A DNA stretch of 64,000 bases from assembly GCA_964453605.1 (NCBI GenBank), contig CAYVOI010000001.1, positions 740,095-804,094 on the forward strand, read 5' to 3'. Both the position numbers and the translations under genes were made by a program. Each line of letters opens with the position of its first letter. Position 1 is the first letter of the stretch. The notes beneath the pieces are model-generated. The model was not told where the DNA came from. It saw nothing but the letters and a program-made list of their open reading frames with translations, and ran no database searches. The stretch comes from an uncultured Gammaproteobacteria bacterium. GTDB taxonomy: Bacteria; Patescibacteriota; Patescibacteriia; Veblenbacterales; UBA10138. Shown one piece after another: positions 1 to 8,928 of the stretch.

Positions 1-568
1 ACGGCAGGCGCTTGCGAGCGGCTTGCTGCATGAGCTTAAAGTCGGTAAACATGCCACCTGCGAGCTCTGGCCTCAAGTACACTGCACTCCCTTGGTCCTC
101 CACTGGGCCAAGGTTAGTTTTGAACATGAGGTTAAACTGCCGAACTGGGGTAAGCTCGCCCCCGCACTCAGGACAGCGGATAGCTGACCAATCCACTGGT
201 TTTTCCTTGCTGTAGCCAGGCTCCATACTCCTCGCTTCAAGCAAGTGGTCAGCGCGGAACCGCTTTTTACACTTTTTACAATCAACCAAAGGGTCGGTAA
301 AGTTTGAGAGGTGGCCGGAAGCTTCCCAGGCTTTAGGGTTCATGATAACTGCCGCGTCCAGCAAAACCATGTCCGGCCGCGAGGTAACAAAGTGTTTGAG
401 CCAGGCCTTCTTTATGTTCTGCTTCAACAGAGCACCGTAGTGCCCTAAGTCCCACGAGTTGGCTAGCCCGCCGTAAATCTCGCTCCCCGGGAACACAATG
501 CCGCGCTGCTTGCAGAGGGCTGCTAGCTTGTCGAGAAGCTCTGGTTTTACCTCAGGGACTTTAGCCAT
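1..568 (-). CDS. glyS: Glycine--tRNA ligase, alpha2 (eukaryote/archaeal-like) type; runs off the window start
   Basis: Not in the ORF track. Manual translation from ATG at 568: MAKVPEVKPELLDKLAALCKQRGIVFPGSEIYGGLANSWDLGHYG...WEASGH...FTDPLVDCKKCKKRFRADHL...CPECGG...FNLMFKT...YLRPE, typical of homodimeric GlyRS. Confidence 0.95.
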   Translation of the reverse strand, partial: MAKVPEVKPELLDKLAALCKQRGIVFPGSEIYGGLANSWDLGHYGALLKQNIKKAWLKHFVTSRPDMVLLDAAVIMNPKAWEASGHLSNFTDPLVDCKKCKKRFRADHLLEARSMEPGYSKEKPVDWSAIRCPECGGELTPVRQFNLMFKTNLGPVEDQGSAVYLRPELAGGMFTDFKLMQQAARKRLP

Positions 569-609
569 AGTGGCTTAACTCTAATAAATTTTCACCCTTT
601 TGGCAAATG

Positions 610-638
610 AAAACACCGCGCTTAACGGCGGTATTTTT
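610..638. terminator. Intrinsic terminator-like hairpin
   Basis: AAAACACCGC-GCTTAACG-GCGGTATTTTTT between the anti-sigma stop and the glyS start. Confidence 0.5.
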
Positions 639-661
639 TCCAAATCGAACTATAGTGGAGG

Positions 662-1825
662 CTAGCGAATCCCCGTATCGTAACCAATATCCACTTTGGT
701 GTAGGTATCAGCCGTAACGGTTACCGGCTGCGGTTGGGTCGAGGGTAGCAGGTGGCCTGGGGAAAGAAGCGGCACCACGAGGTACTCCCCTGGAGCCAAG
801 TCGAGCTTGAATTGACCATCACTCCCCGAGCGTACCTCGGCTACCACGTTTGAACCATCCTGACTCTTTACTACCAACGTAGCTGGGTACGGCTTATCGG
901 CGCAGCTGCCCTCATCTTCCCCAACGCGTACCACGGGGCAGGTGGGGCCAATGGTCACCTGACCGTAGATACCCGAGCTGATGGCTGCTACAGTACCAGG
1001 ACTAGTGTTGCCGCTAGTGGTAGCAGTGGAGCTACCCTGCTCGCCCGCTTCCCCGCCGTGCTTGCCACGGCCTGGGAAACCAGACGTAGTGCTATCCGAG
1101 GTGGACGTTGACCCGCTAGTAACATCTACGTCCTCACTATCAGTAAAACGTACTTCCAGCTTGTGCTTAAGTGCCTCTGCCGTAAGGTGTTTTATGGTAC
1201 GACCAAGCTCACCCGCCTCTGAGACCTTACCCCTAGCCTTCAAACTCGCTCGTACCTGGGCTAGATTGTCGAGCGCGCTTTCAACTTCTACCTGAGCCTC
1301 ACTACGCGCTTCCTCAGCCCGTGGATTGCGCGGCGCTTTGGCCTGTTCAGCTGGTACCGGCGGAACTACTACGGCTGGTGACTGAGGCACCGCAGCATCC
1401 TCAGTAACCACAGCGGCTTGCACCTGCTCAAGTTCACTCAAGCGTTCTTGAGCCTGCTCAGCCCGTACCTCTGCCCGCCCCTTGGCGGTAACGGTTAAAC
1501 CAAGCTCTACTTTTTCCTTCAGGCGCTTTACGGGGTAAAGCGGGCTACCAGGCAAAGCCCCTCCCGAAGCGAACACGGTACCACCTACCACGGAAACACC
1601 AATAACGGTGGGGAGCACGTAGCGGAACAGCAACGAGGTGTGCCGAGTCCTAACCTCAACCAGCAAACGCCGAGCACCGCGTGCGGCAGCCTCAGGCGAA
1701 TCGAGCTCCTGCAAGAGCTGAAGCTTAAGCTGGGCCAGCCTCAGTGGGTGCAACCCCACCTCGCCAGCCGCGGCCGCCCGCAGGGCTTCTATTTCTCGGT
1801 TATACTTCTTGGTACCTAGGACCAT
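662..1825 (-). CDS. Putative anti-sigma factor: TM helix, DUF5667-like domain, Ser/Thr linker, C-terminal carboxypeptidase-regulatory-like beta domain
   Basis: Overlaps the ECF sigma stop; ALPGSPLYPVKRLKE...AQERLSE DUF5667 signature; C-terminal GPTCPV...GQFKLDLAPGEY. Confidence 0.75.
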   Translation of the reverse strand: MVLGTKKYNREIEALRAAAAGEVGLHPLRLAQLKLQLLQELDSPEAAARGARRLLVEVRTRHTSLLFRYVLPTVIGVSVVGGTVFASGGALPGSPLYPVKRLKEKVELGLTVTAKGRAEVRAEQAQERLSELEQVQAAVVTEDAAVPQSPAVVVPPVPAEQAKAPRNPRAEEARSEAQVEVESALDNLAQVRASLKARGKVSEAGELGRTIKHLTAEALKHKLEVRFTDSEDVDVTSGSTSTSDSTTSGFPGRGKHGGEAGEQGSSTATTSGNTSPGTVAAISSGIYGQVTIGPTCPVVRVGEDEGSCADKPYPATLVVKSQDGSNVVAEVRSGSDGQFKLDLAPGEYLVVPLLSPGHLLPSTQPQPVTVTADTYTKVDIGYDTGIR

Positions 1826-2381
1826 AATCGCGATGCATAATTATACGTAGTTGCTTTAGGGCACGGTGCTGAATGAGCCGGACGGCCAGGGCCGTTTTAC
1901 CTACCACCTGAGCAGTTTCCTCAACCGTAAACTCTTGAATGAACCTGAGCTCCAGCACCTGGCGGTAGTGAGGTGGCAGCTCGGCACTGGCTTTGCGCAC
2001 CTGCTCAAGCTCACTCTCCTTAAGCGCGGCGGCGGCCGGTGACTCAACATTAGAAGCGACACCTAGTGCTTCGTCAAGCTCAAGGGGCGCTGGCTGGCGG
2101 TAGACCTTGCGGTAGTGGTCGTTCACCGTGTTGCGCGCAATGCTGTAGAGCCAAGCCGAGAAATTGAGCTCCTCCAGCCGCAGGGTTTTCAGCCCCCGCC
2201 AAGCCTTGAGAAAGGTATCTTGTAAAATGTCCTCGGCCTGCTCTTTGGGTTGCACCTTAAAGCTGATGAACTTGTAAATACGGGGTGCAAACGTATCGTA
2301 AAGCTGGCCAAAAGCCACACTGCTTCCGCCCTGGGCGGAAGCTACGAGCGCCAACGTTTCTCCGCCTTCTCGGGGTTCCAT
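1800..2381 (-). CDS. ECF (sigma-70 family) RNA polymerase sigma factor
   Basis: AFGQLYD...AEDILQDTFLKAW...FSAWLYSIARN (region 2); LPPHYRQVLELRF...EETAQVVG (region 4). ATG at 2381 preferred over the ORF-track start at 2429. Confidence 0.93.
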   Translation of the reverse strand: MEPREGGETLALVASAQGGSSVAFGQLYDTFAPRIYKFISFKVQPKEQAEDILQDTFLKAWRGLKTLRLEELNFSAWLYSIARNTVNDHYRKVYRQPAPLELDEALGVASNVESPAAAALKESELEQVRKASAELPPHYRQVLELRFIQEFTVEETAQVVGKTALAVRLIQHRALKQLRIIMHRDYGPRYQEV

Positions 2382-2441
2382 AGGCCTTGTACTGTACAAT
2401 AGAACGCCTGGCTTAGCCAGGTGTTTCACCTGCGATGCACC

Positions 2442-4994
2442 CTATAATTTTCCAGCTTTTTCTACCCTCACCACGCCGCCTGGCTCTAAGACTACGACGT
2501 CGCGCCGGGTGAGCTTACCAGTGAGAAGGTAGGTAGCAAGGGCGTTGTCCACGTTCTCTTGGATAACGCGCCGGAGGGGCCGGGCGCCAAAGAGTGGATC
2601 AAACCCTTTATGTGCGAGCTCGGCCACAGCCTCGGGCGATGCTTTAAGGTGCACACCCTTAGCCTCCAAACCCTGGCTCAGTTTAGCTAAGAGTAGCTCG
2701 GTAACTTTTACCACCTCGGGCATGCCTAGGGGTTTAAACACCACGATACCATCAAACCGGTTTAAAAACTCTGGCCTAAAGTACTGCTGCAGCTCGCGCT
2801 CTAAGAGCTGCTTGCGGATAGCCTCAAGAGCTGTACCAGCCTGGAGTTCATGCTGAATAAAGCTGGTGCCGGCGTTTGAAGTTGCTATCACAATACAGTT
2901 GGTAAAGTCTACGGTTTTGCCGGCAGCGTCGGTGAGGCGGCCGTCGTCTAAGAGCTGCAAGAACACGTTCAAAATATCAAGGTGGGCTTTCTCCAACTCA
3001 TCAAGGAGTAGGAGCGTGTAGGGGTTACGGCGCACTGCCTCGGTGAGCAGCCCGCTCGATGAGCCTGTACCCGCCGGCGCGCCAATCAAACGGTACAAGC
3101 TCTCGGCGGTTTGGTACTCTGACATGTCGAGCCGCACCATTTTGTTCTCACCACCAAAGTACTCAGCCGCTACAGTTTTAGCGAGCTCAGTTTTCCCTAC
3201 CCCCGTAGGACCCAAAAAAAGGAACGAGGCAATGGGGCGTTTTTGGTCCCGTAGGTTCACCCGAGCGCGCCGCAAAGCCTGGGCCACCAGGTTCACGGCT
3301 TCATCTTGCCCCACAATACGCCGGTGTAAAATGTCCTCCAAGTTCAAAAGTTTCTCACGCTCACCTTGCGTCACCTGCGTCACCGGCACGTGCACCTTAC
3401 CAGCCACCACTTGGGCTACATCCTCTGCCCCAACCGCGGTGCCACGAGGGTGGCGATCGCGGGCATAAATAGCCACCTCCTCAAGCAGTTTGATAGCTTT
3501 TTCGGGAAGGAAGCGGTCTGGTAGGTACCGACGCGAAAGTTCGACCGCGGCTTGGAGCGCCCCGTAGGCAAAGTACACGTGGTGCTCGCTCTCCAGTGCA
3601 GGCACACGAGACTCCAACACCTGAATGGAGTGGTTATCGTCAAGCTCGGGCACCTGCACTGGTTGGAGTGCCTGGCCAAGAGCACTGTGTACTAAGGTTT
3701 CATTCCAGGCTGCAGCAGTAGCAGTTGCCAGTACCACCAAACCGTGTTGAGCCACAGCCTGGGCTAAGACCTCGGCTGGACCAATTTCGCCCTGGCTACT
3801 CATGCCTGGCGTTACCAGCTGGTCAATGTTCTCAATCCCCAACACAACGTTACCGGCCCGTACCACTTCGGTTACGGCGTGGAGCAACCGCTCACTGGCT
3901 TGGGCTGGTGTGGCCCCAGACAAAAGTTGGGGTAGCGAGAGCAACAACAGGTGCTTATCTTGCAACAGCTCTGGCACCTCCTCTGCCACCATAGCCTGAG
4001 CGATACCCTCAACCAGTGAGCTCTTACCTACCCCCGCCTCCCCCAGGAGCACCACGCTAGCGTGGCCACCTTCGATAATACGGTACACTTCGGCAAGTTC
4101 TGCCTCGCGCCCCACGCACGGGTTAAGGTACCCTCCGGCGGCAAGGCTGGTAAGGTCGCGCGACATGCGGTTGAGGAACGGGGTGGCCACCGCCAGGTAC
4201 GCCCGGTCCAGCGCGTGCTTGGGGCGGGCGCTGGCGCGTGAGGAGCGACGATGGTACTCGGTCAGCAACTTCCGCCGCAGGGCAAACCACGAGGTAATGT
4301 TGCTGACCGCGTCAGGCGGAATGGCCAGCTCTTCTAGAACTTCTTGCACACCACCTGGAGCTTTAGCTAGTGCCAGGAGTACCTCGCTCATTTCCACCTG
4401 CCGTGCTTGGCGAGCCAAGGCCAAACGTGCGGCCTCCAGAAACACACCTTGTGCCTCTTTTGATAGCCGTGCCTCTGGCCCTTGCCCCAAGAGCATGAGC
4501 TCGTTCCGCAAGGTGGTAGCAAGTTTTTCGCGCGGTACCCCAAGGCGCGAAAACAGCCGACGTGCCGTAGGGTAGTGCAGGGCTGCAGCCAACAGGTGAA
4601 TAGGTGCTACCTCTCCCTGCTTGAGCTGCCCCGCGTAGCGGAACGCCTGCGTCAGCATGGCCCAGGTTTCTTCCGACAAGTACTGGTCTACGGTAATGGT
4701 CAGGGCTTCAGGTGGGAGTGCGGGGTACCAGGCACGTTCGCGGTCGAGGCGGTACCAAGCGTAACCCATAATAAGCACACTAAGCCAGAAATACCCGGCG
4801 CCTGGCGCGCGCGGAAAGAACACTTGCCAGGTGAGCGATTCTATAACCGGAAGCGATAGAACCACGAATCGTACTAAGGCCAACACACTCAGGAGCAGTG
4901 CCACAAAAGCCACCAGGCGGTACACGGTTAAACGTAGACGCCGAAACAGCAGGTCTCCTAAACTGTAGTTGTAGTGCCAAGTGAATTCGGCCAC
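2442..4994 (-). CDS. ClpA/B/C-family AAA+ ATPase with N-terminal TM helices
   Basis: Two N-terminal hydrophobic helices, Clp-N repeats, NBD1 GEAGVGKS, NBD2 GPTGVGKT / LLLLDELEKAH / FRPEFLNRFD / GARPLRR. Confidence 0.92.
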   Translation of the reverse strand: MAEFTWHYNYSLGDLLFRRLRLTVYRLVAFVALLLSVLALVRFVVLSLPVIESLTWQVFFPRAPGAGYFWLSVLIMGYAWYRLDRERAWYPALPPEALTITVDQYLSEETWAMLTQAFRYAGQLKQGEVAPIHLLAAALHYPTARRLFSRLGVPREKLATTLRNELMLLGQGPEARLSKEAQGVFLEAARLALARQARQVEMSEVLLALAKAPGGVQEVLEELAIPPDAVSNITSWFALRRKLLTEYHRRSSRASARPKHALDRAYLAVATPFLNRMSRDLTSLAAGGYLNPCVGREAELAEVYRIIEGGHASVVLLGEAGVGKSSLVEGIAQAMVAEEVPELLQDKHLLLLSLPQLLSGATPAQASERLLHAVTEVVRAGNVVLGIENIDQLVTPGMSSQGEIGPAEVLAQAVAQHGLVVLATATAAAWNETLVHSALGQALQPVQVPELDDNHSIQVLESRVPALESEHHVYFAYGALQAAVELSRRYLPDRFLPEKAIKLLEEVAIYARDRHPRGTAVGAEDVAQVVAGKVHVPVTQVTQGEREKLLNLEDILHRRIVGQDEAVNLVAQALRRARVNLRDQKRPIASFLFLGPTGVGKTELAKTVAAEYFGGENKMVRLDMSEYQTAESLYRLIGAPAGTGSSSGLLTEAVRRNPYTLLLLDELEKAHLDILNVFLQLLDDGRLTDAAGKTVDFTNCIVIATSNAGTSFIQHELQAGTALEAIRKQLLERELQQYFRPEFLNRFDGIVVFKPLGMPEVVKVTELLLAKLSQGLEAKGVHLKASPEAVAELAHKGFDPLFGARPLRRVIQENVDNALATYLLTGKLTRRDVVVLEPGGVVRVEKAGKL

Positions 4995-5006
4995 AGGAAT
5001 AAAAGG

Positions 5007-5363
5007 TTATAGGCTCGCTACCAACATCAGGAACGTAATTGGCGGCAACGCACACCACATAATGAGCAAGCAGAGGTACCACACGAACGCCAAACTCAGG
5101 CGCACCGACTTCCACACCAACATCACTAAACGGACCACAAAGCTAAGTGCCCGGCCGGAGTACGTGTAGTCGCCGTACATGGGTGTAAATAGGTAGCGCG
5201 CGAACAAGCCTAGGGAAACACGCCAGGCAGCTGCTCGCAACCCGTCTCGGCAGAACCGGAATACCCTTACCAGGCCACCACTGTACCACCAGTACGGAAA
5301 CCGTACTACGTCGAGCAGGAACTCGACCACCAGTTGGCCAATTTGTGTAAGCACAAGAGGCAT
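5007..5363 (-). CDS. Small membrane protein upstream of the Clp ATPase
   Basis: 118 aa, hydrophobic, FPYWWYSGG and LFTPMYGDY motifs, 12 bp from the Clp start. Confidence 0.8.
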   Translation of the reverse strand: MPLVLTQIGQLVVEFLLDVVRFPYWWYSGGLVRVFRFCRDGLRAAAWRVSLGLFARYLFTPMYGDYTYSGRALSFVVRLVMLVWKSVRLSLAFVWYLCLLIMWCALPPITFLMLVASL

Positions 5364-5469
5364 AGCTACCCCAAGTATACGGCATTGTTTTGCGCTTGAC
5401 TACGAGGCTACCAGCCTGCTAGGGTGGAGCCAAACAAAGTAAACTACAACCAATACGAAAGGGCCTGCC

Positions 5470-6204
5470 ATGCCCACATTCATTACCAAGTTTCTCGCAA
5501 TAGCTGAAGGTGTGGCAGAACAGATTATTGCCACAAAAGACACCGGCCTCAATGCTATAGTCGATTACATAATTCCCCGAGAAGAGCTCCGAGAGCGGAT
5601 ACAAAATTGGTTTATCGACCTTCCTCGACCTACCTTCCCCAGACTCTCACAACAGCTCGACAGAGGTATCAAAGCTGGCATCATCAACCTACCCAACAGC
5701 CTTTCCCTCAGCCGGGCTCTCGTGGGCCCCATGTTCTTAGCGTTCGTTGCCTCTAGCCTTAATCTCTGGTATTGCCTTAGCCTGATTGTTTGGGCTATTG
5801 TCAGTGATTTCTTCGACGGCGTTCTGGCTAGAAAAATGAAACAGGAAACTGAACTGGGCGCTGCACTCGATGCTGGCTGTGACAAGGTATTCGCAATATG
5901 CTGTGCCGTTAGCCTCTGGCACAATCTCTGGCTGTGGAATGCTCTCCTGTTCATAGGTTTCGATACAGCGCTCGCTAGCCTAGCTCTAGTTGTACTCCGC
6001 GCCAAACGACGCGGCACGTACCACGGTGGTGCACAGGTAAAGGCCAACTGGCTCGGCAAGTTCAAGTTCTGTGCACAAGGTTTAGCAGGTTTGTGTGTGC
6101 TTCTCGGCGAACTTGCTGTCGGGAATTGGATCTTGCTGGTCGCCAACTGCTTCGCCCTTGGAAGCCTCGTAAGACACCTTGAACCAAAACATAAAACGAT
6201 CTAA
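5470..6204 (+). CDS. CDP-alcohol phosphatidyltransferase (PgsA-like)
   Basis: NLPNSLSLSR plus the signature DFFDGVLARKMKQETELGAALDAGCDK; KANWLGKFKF. Confidence 0.9.
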   Translation: MPTFITKFLAIAEGVAEQIIATKDTGLNAIVDYIIPREELRERIQNWFIDLPRPTFPRLSQQLDRGIKAGIINLPNSLSLSRALVGPMFLAFVASSLNLWYCLSLIVWAIVSDFFDGVLARKMKQETELGAALDAGCDKVFAICCAVSLWHNLWLWNALLFIGFDTALASLALVVLRAKRRGTYHGGAQVKANWLGKFKFCAQGLAGLCVLLGELAVGNWILLVANCFALGSLVRHLEPKHKTI

Positions 6205-6258
6205 CTACCGCCCAGCCTAGAGGACTGGGTGGTTTTCATGTCGGAAGACTGCAAAATA

Positions 6259-8166
6259 TTATAACCCCACCACACCCTTACCCTGCGCGCGGGTGTCGGT
6301 GTCGAGGTTGGTAGTGATGTACTTGGCCGTAGCTATCAAGTCGGCGCCTGAAAAACTATCTTGCCCCGTGGCGGTGGTAGTTTTGGTGAGCACCAGTACC
6401 TGGTTGGCGTCTGAAGCCTGGGGGGTTATGGCTACCTCGAACGAGGCTTCGGGTGATTTGTAGGCGCTGCCAGCACCGGCTGGCAACCGGTTGAGCTGCC
6501 ACCTGACCTCGCGGGTGTTGGGGTTGTAGGTCGGCTTCTGACCGGCGGTCACCGTGGTTTGATCGGTCCAGGTTACCCCCTGGGGCAGGGTGGTCGTAAC
6601 CTCTAGGCCACTGACTTCGTTTAAAGTATTACCCAAGCGCCAAAAAATAACGTAGGTGGTGGTCTGCCCCACCCGCGGCGGCAAGGGGCCACTCCCCAGC
6701 TTCACGAGTTCATCGGTGTAGTACCTACCTTCGGCTTCGAGGGAGAACTGGGTGTTGATTTTGGTTACTACCTGGTTGGATTGCGAGGTGACATCATCAA
6801 CCTTGTCCCCCACCTGCGACTTGGCCTGGGCCATAGCCTGGGCCGTAAAGCTCGGCGTCTGTGCCGCGCCGTCGGGGAGTTGTGGTTTAAGGTGAATTTG
6901 GAAGCGGATACTGCCGCGGCTGCCTGGAGCGAGCGAGGCGAGCAATGGGACGGTTCCTTGGGTCCACGTTAACGTACCCTTGGCGGCGTCAGTTTGGCCG
7001 TTGCCGTTGTCCCGGAGCGTCGACCAGTCAAACCACTGTGGGTCAAGCTTCGCCTGGAGTGTTAGACCCGTAAACGGAACGTCACCTTCGTTGGCAAACG
7101 TGAGTTCGTAAAACACTTCCTGCCCCACGTCAGCCGCACTCTTCAAGGCCACGTCGTTGGCAGTGAGCTGCAGTGTGAGGTGCGACTTTACTAGGGCGAG
7201 CAAGAGCGTTTTCTCCTCTTGCACGGTAACTTGACCGTCTTGCCCCACGAGCCCCACTGCTACCTTGAGCTCTTGGGCGCCGGGTGCTGCCACATCGGTA
7301 AAGCGACCCGTGAGCTCGACCTTACCCTCAGCTTTGGGGTCGAGATCAGGAATCTTCCAGCTGGTGCTGCTGTTGGGCAAGGGTTCGAGCTGGGGCAGGT
7401 CCAGCACAAAACCAGCTGGCGCAGTCACGCGGAGTGCGAGCCCGGTGAGCTTGGCCGTAGAGCTGTTACGGTAGCTGGCCGTAAGCTGGAGGAGCTGGTC
7501 AGCGGGGAGTTGTGCCGGCCCGGTGAGCTCGAGGTTTAAAACCGAGGCCACAATCTGCACGGTGAGCGAAGTAGTTTTGGTGAACCGAGCCTTGAGGTTA
7601 GCCGGCTCGTACGACAGCAGCGCCACCATGTCCTTTTGTTCGCCCACGTCCCCGGTGAGCTGCCCACGCACTACAACGGTATCAGACTGGTGCGCTGGTA
7701 CCGTGCCAAGATCGTAGCGGCTGCCGTCCGCTGCCTGGGCGTTTGGCGTCGCACTCTGGAAGGTGAAGCCGGTTGGGAACCTGAGGTCGAGCTCAGCCTG
7801 GTTAAGATCAACAGCTTGGTCGTCACTGTAGCTGATGGTGTACTCCACCGCCTGGCCAGAAGGTGCTGCGGTGGGGCCAGCTACCGTGAGCTTAACCGCG
7901 CCCTCGCCAAACTTAGGCCCCGGCCCCGTACCAAAGACAAAGAACCACCCAAACGCTACACCGAGCAACACTACCAGGGCAGAGGTAGCGTAGAGCCAGA
8001 GCTGGCGGCGACGCGATTGCTTGAGCAAAGCTTTCAAATCTACATTTGGCTGGTCGTGGTAGAACCGCGCAAAATCCTGTTCGGCTTGCTTACTCCTCCG
8101 CCCACCTGACTGGGCCTCAAGGTCAGGCGTTATGGTAATGTCACGAACGTTTGATGGTGGTTTCAT
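6259..8166 (-). CDS. Membrane-anchored multi-Ig-like (DUF11-like) surface protein
   Basis: One TM helix near residues 57-78, then repeated beta-rich units (VEYTISY, FYELTFANEG, YVIFWRLGN); C-terminal GPLPPRVGQTTTY. Confidence 0.7.
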   Translation of the reverse strand: MKPPSNVRDITITPDLEAQSGGRRSKQAEQDFARFYHDQPNVDLKALLKQSRRRQLWLYATSALVVLLGVAFGWFFVFGTGPGPKFGEGAVKLTVAGPTAAPSGQAVEYTISYSDDQAVDLNQAELDLRFPTGFTFQSATPNAQAADGSRYDLGTVPAHQSDTVVVRGQLTGDVGEQKDMVALLSYEPANLKARFTKTTSLTVQIVASVLNLELTGPAQLPADQLLQLTASYRNSSTAKLTGLALRVTAPAGFVLDLPQLEPLPNSSTSWKIPDLDPKAEGKVELTGRFTDVAAPGAQELKVAVGLVGQDGQVTVQEEKTLLLALVKSHLTLQLTANDVALKSAADVGQEVFYELTFANEGDVPFTGLTLQAKLDPQWFDWSTLRDNGNGQTDAAKGTLTWTQGTVPLLASLAPGSRGSIRFQIHLKPQLPDGAAQTPSFTAQAMAQAKSQVGDKVDDVTSQSNQVVTKINTQFSLEAEGRYYTDELVKLGSGPLPPRVGQTTTYVIFWRLGNTLNEVSGLEVTTTLPQGVTWTDQTTVTAGQKPTYNPNTREVRWQLNRLPAGAGSAYKSPEASFEVAITPQASDANQVLVLTKTTTATGQDSFSGADLIATAKYITTNLDTDTRAQGKGVVGL

Positions 8167-8176
8167 ACACTGTAAC

Positions 8177-8920
8177 CTACAGGATACTCCTCAAAACCTT
8201 GAGTGCATAGAGCTCGCGGCCGGTTTGGCCGCTGAGGTAGTCGGTCACAAAGGCAAGCGTACCACTCGGCAGTGCTCCCTCACCTTCCGTACCTACCACC
8301 GCGCCCTGCAACCAGCGGAATACGGCGGGCGGCAGCGGCAAACGCTGCTCGCCAGGCTCAGCACACTCACGGTGGAACACACCGTGCCGCGACCAGCTGA
8401 ACTCTAGCGGTTCACTAAGCTCACGCCGACAATGTTCGCAGCGTGTTATAGACACAGCTAACCCCGAGAGCTTCAATGCCTCTAGTACAAAACGCGCCAA
8501 CAGCTCTCGAGCTTGCGGCCGCCAATTGTCCCCGGCTTTCCCCAGAGAGCTTGCCTTACTGAGCGACTGTTGCAAGAGCTCATAGAGCCTTGAGTCTGGC
8601 TGCTCCTCACTGGTGAGCTGGTTCACCACCTCAAGAAATGCAGACCCAATCAGTATACTCGGCAGGTGGTAGGGTGGTTTGAGGTAGTGCTCGGTGAGGT
8701 TAGCCGAGGCTAAACGATCACGCTCTTTACCCTTGGCCACCATAACTTCTACTTCGGCAAACGCCTGTAAGTTGGGCGAGAGTTTGCTGTTGAGTTTCTG
8801 GGTGCCAGCTGCTATAAGCTGCAACTTGCCTCGGCCAGAAGTAAAAAGCGTGTAGAGCCGGTCGGTCTCACGCCAAGGGCGCGAACGCAGCACAAAACCA
8901 GTGGTGAGGTAGGTGGACAT
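8177..8920 (-). CDS. recO: DNA repair protein RecO
   Basis: GFVLRSRPWRETDRLYTLFT...GK N-terminal OB fold; CEHC...HREC zinc motif. Confidence 0.92.
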   Translation of the reverse strand: MSTYLTTGFVLRSRPWRETDRLYTLFTSGRGKLQLIAAGTQKLNSKLSPNLQAFAEVEVMVAKGKERDRLASANLTEHYLKPPYHLPSILIGSAFLEVVNQLTSEEQPDSRLYELLQQSLSKASSLGKAGDNWRPQARELLARFVLEALKLSGLAVSITRCEHCRRELSEPLEFSWSRHGVFHRECAEPGEQRLPLPPAVFRWLQGAVVGTEGEGALPSGTLAFVTDYLSGQTGRELYALKVLRSIL

Positions 8921-8928
8921 ATTTTTGC

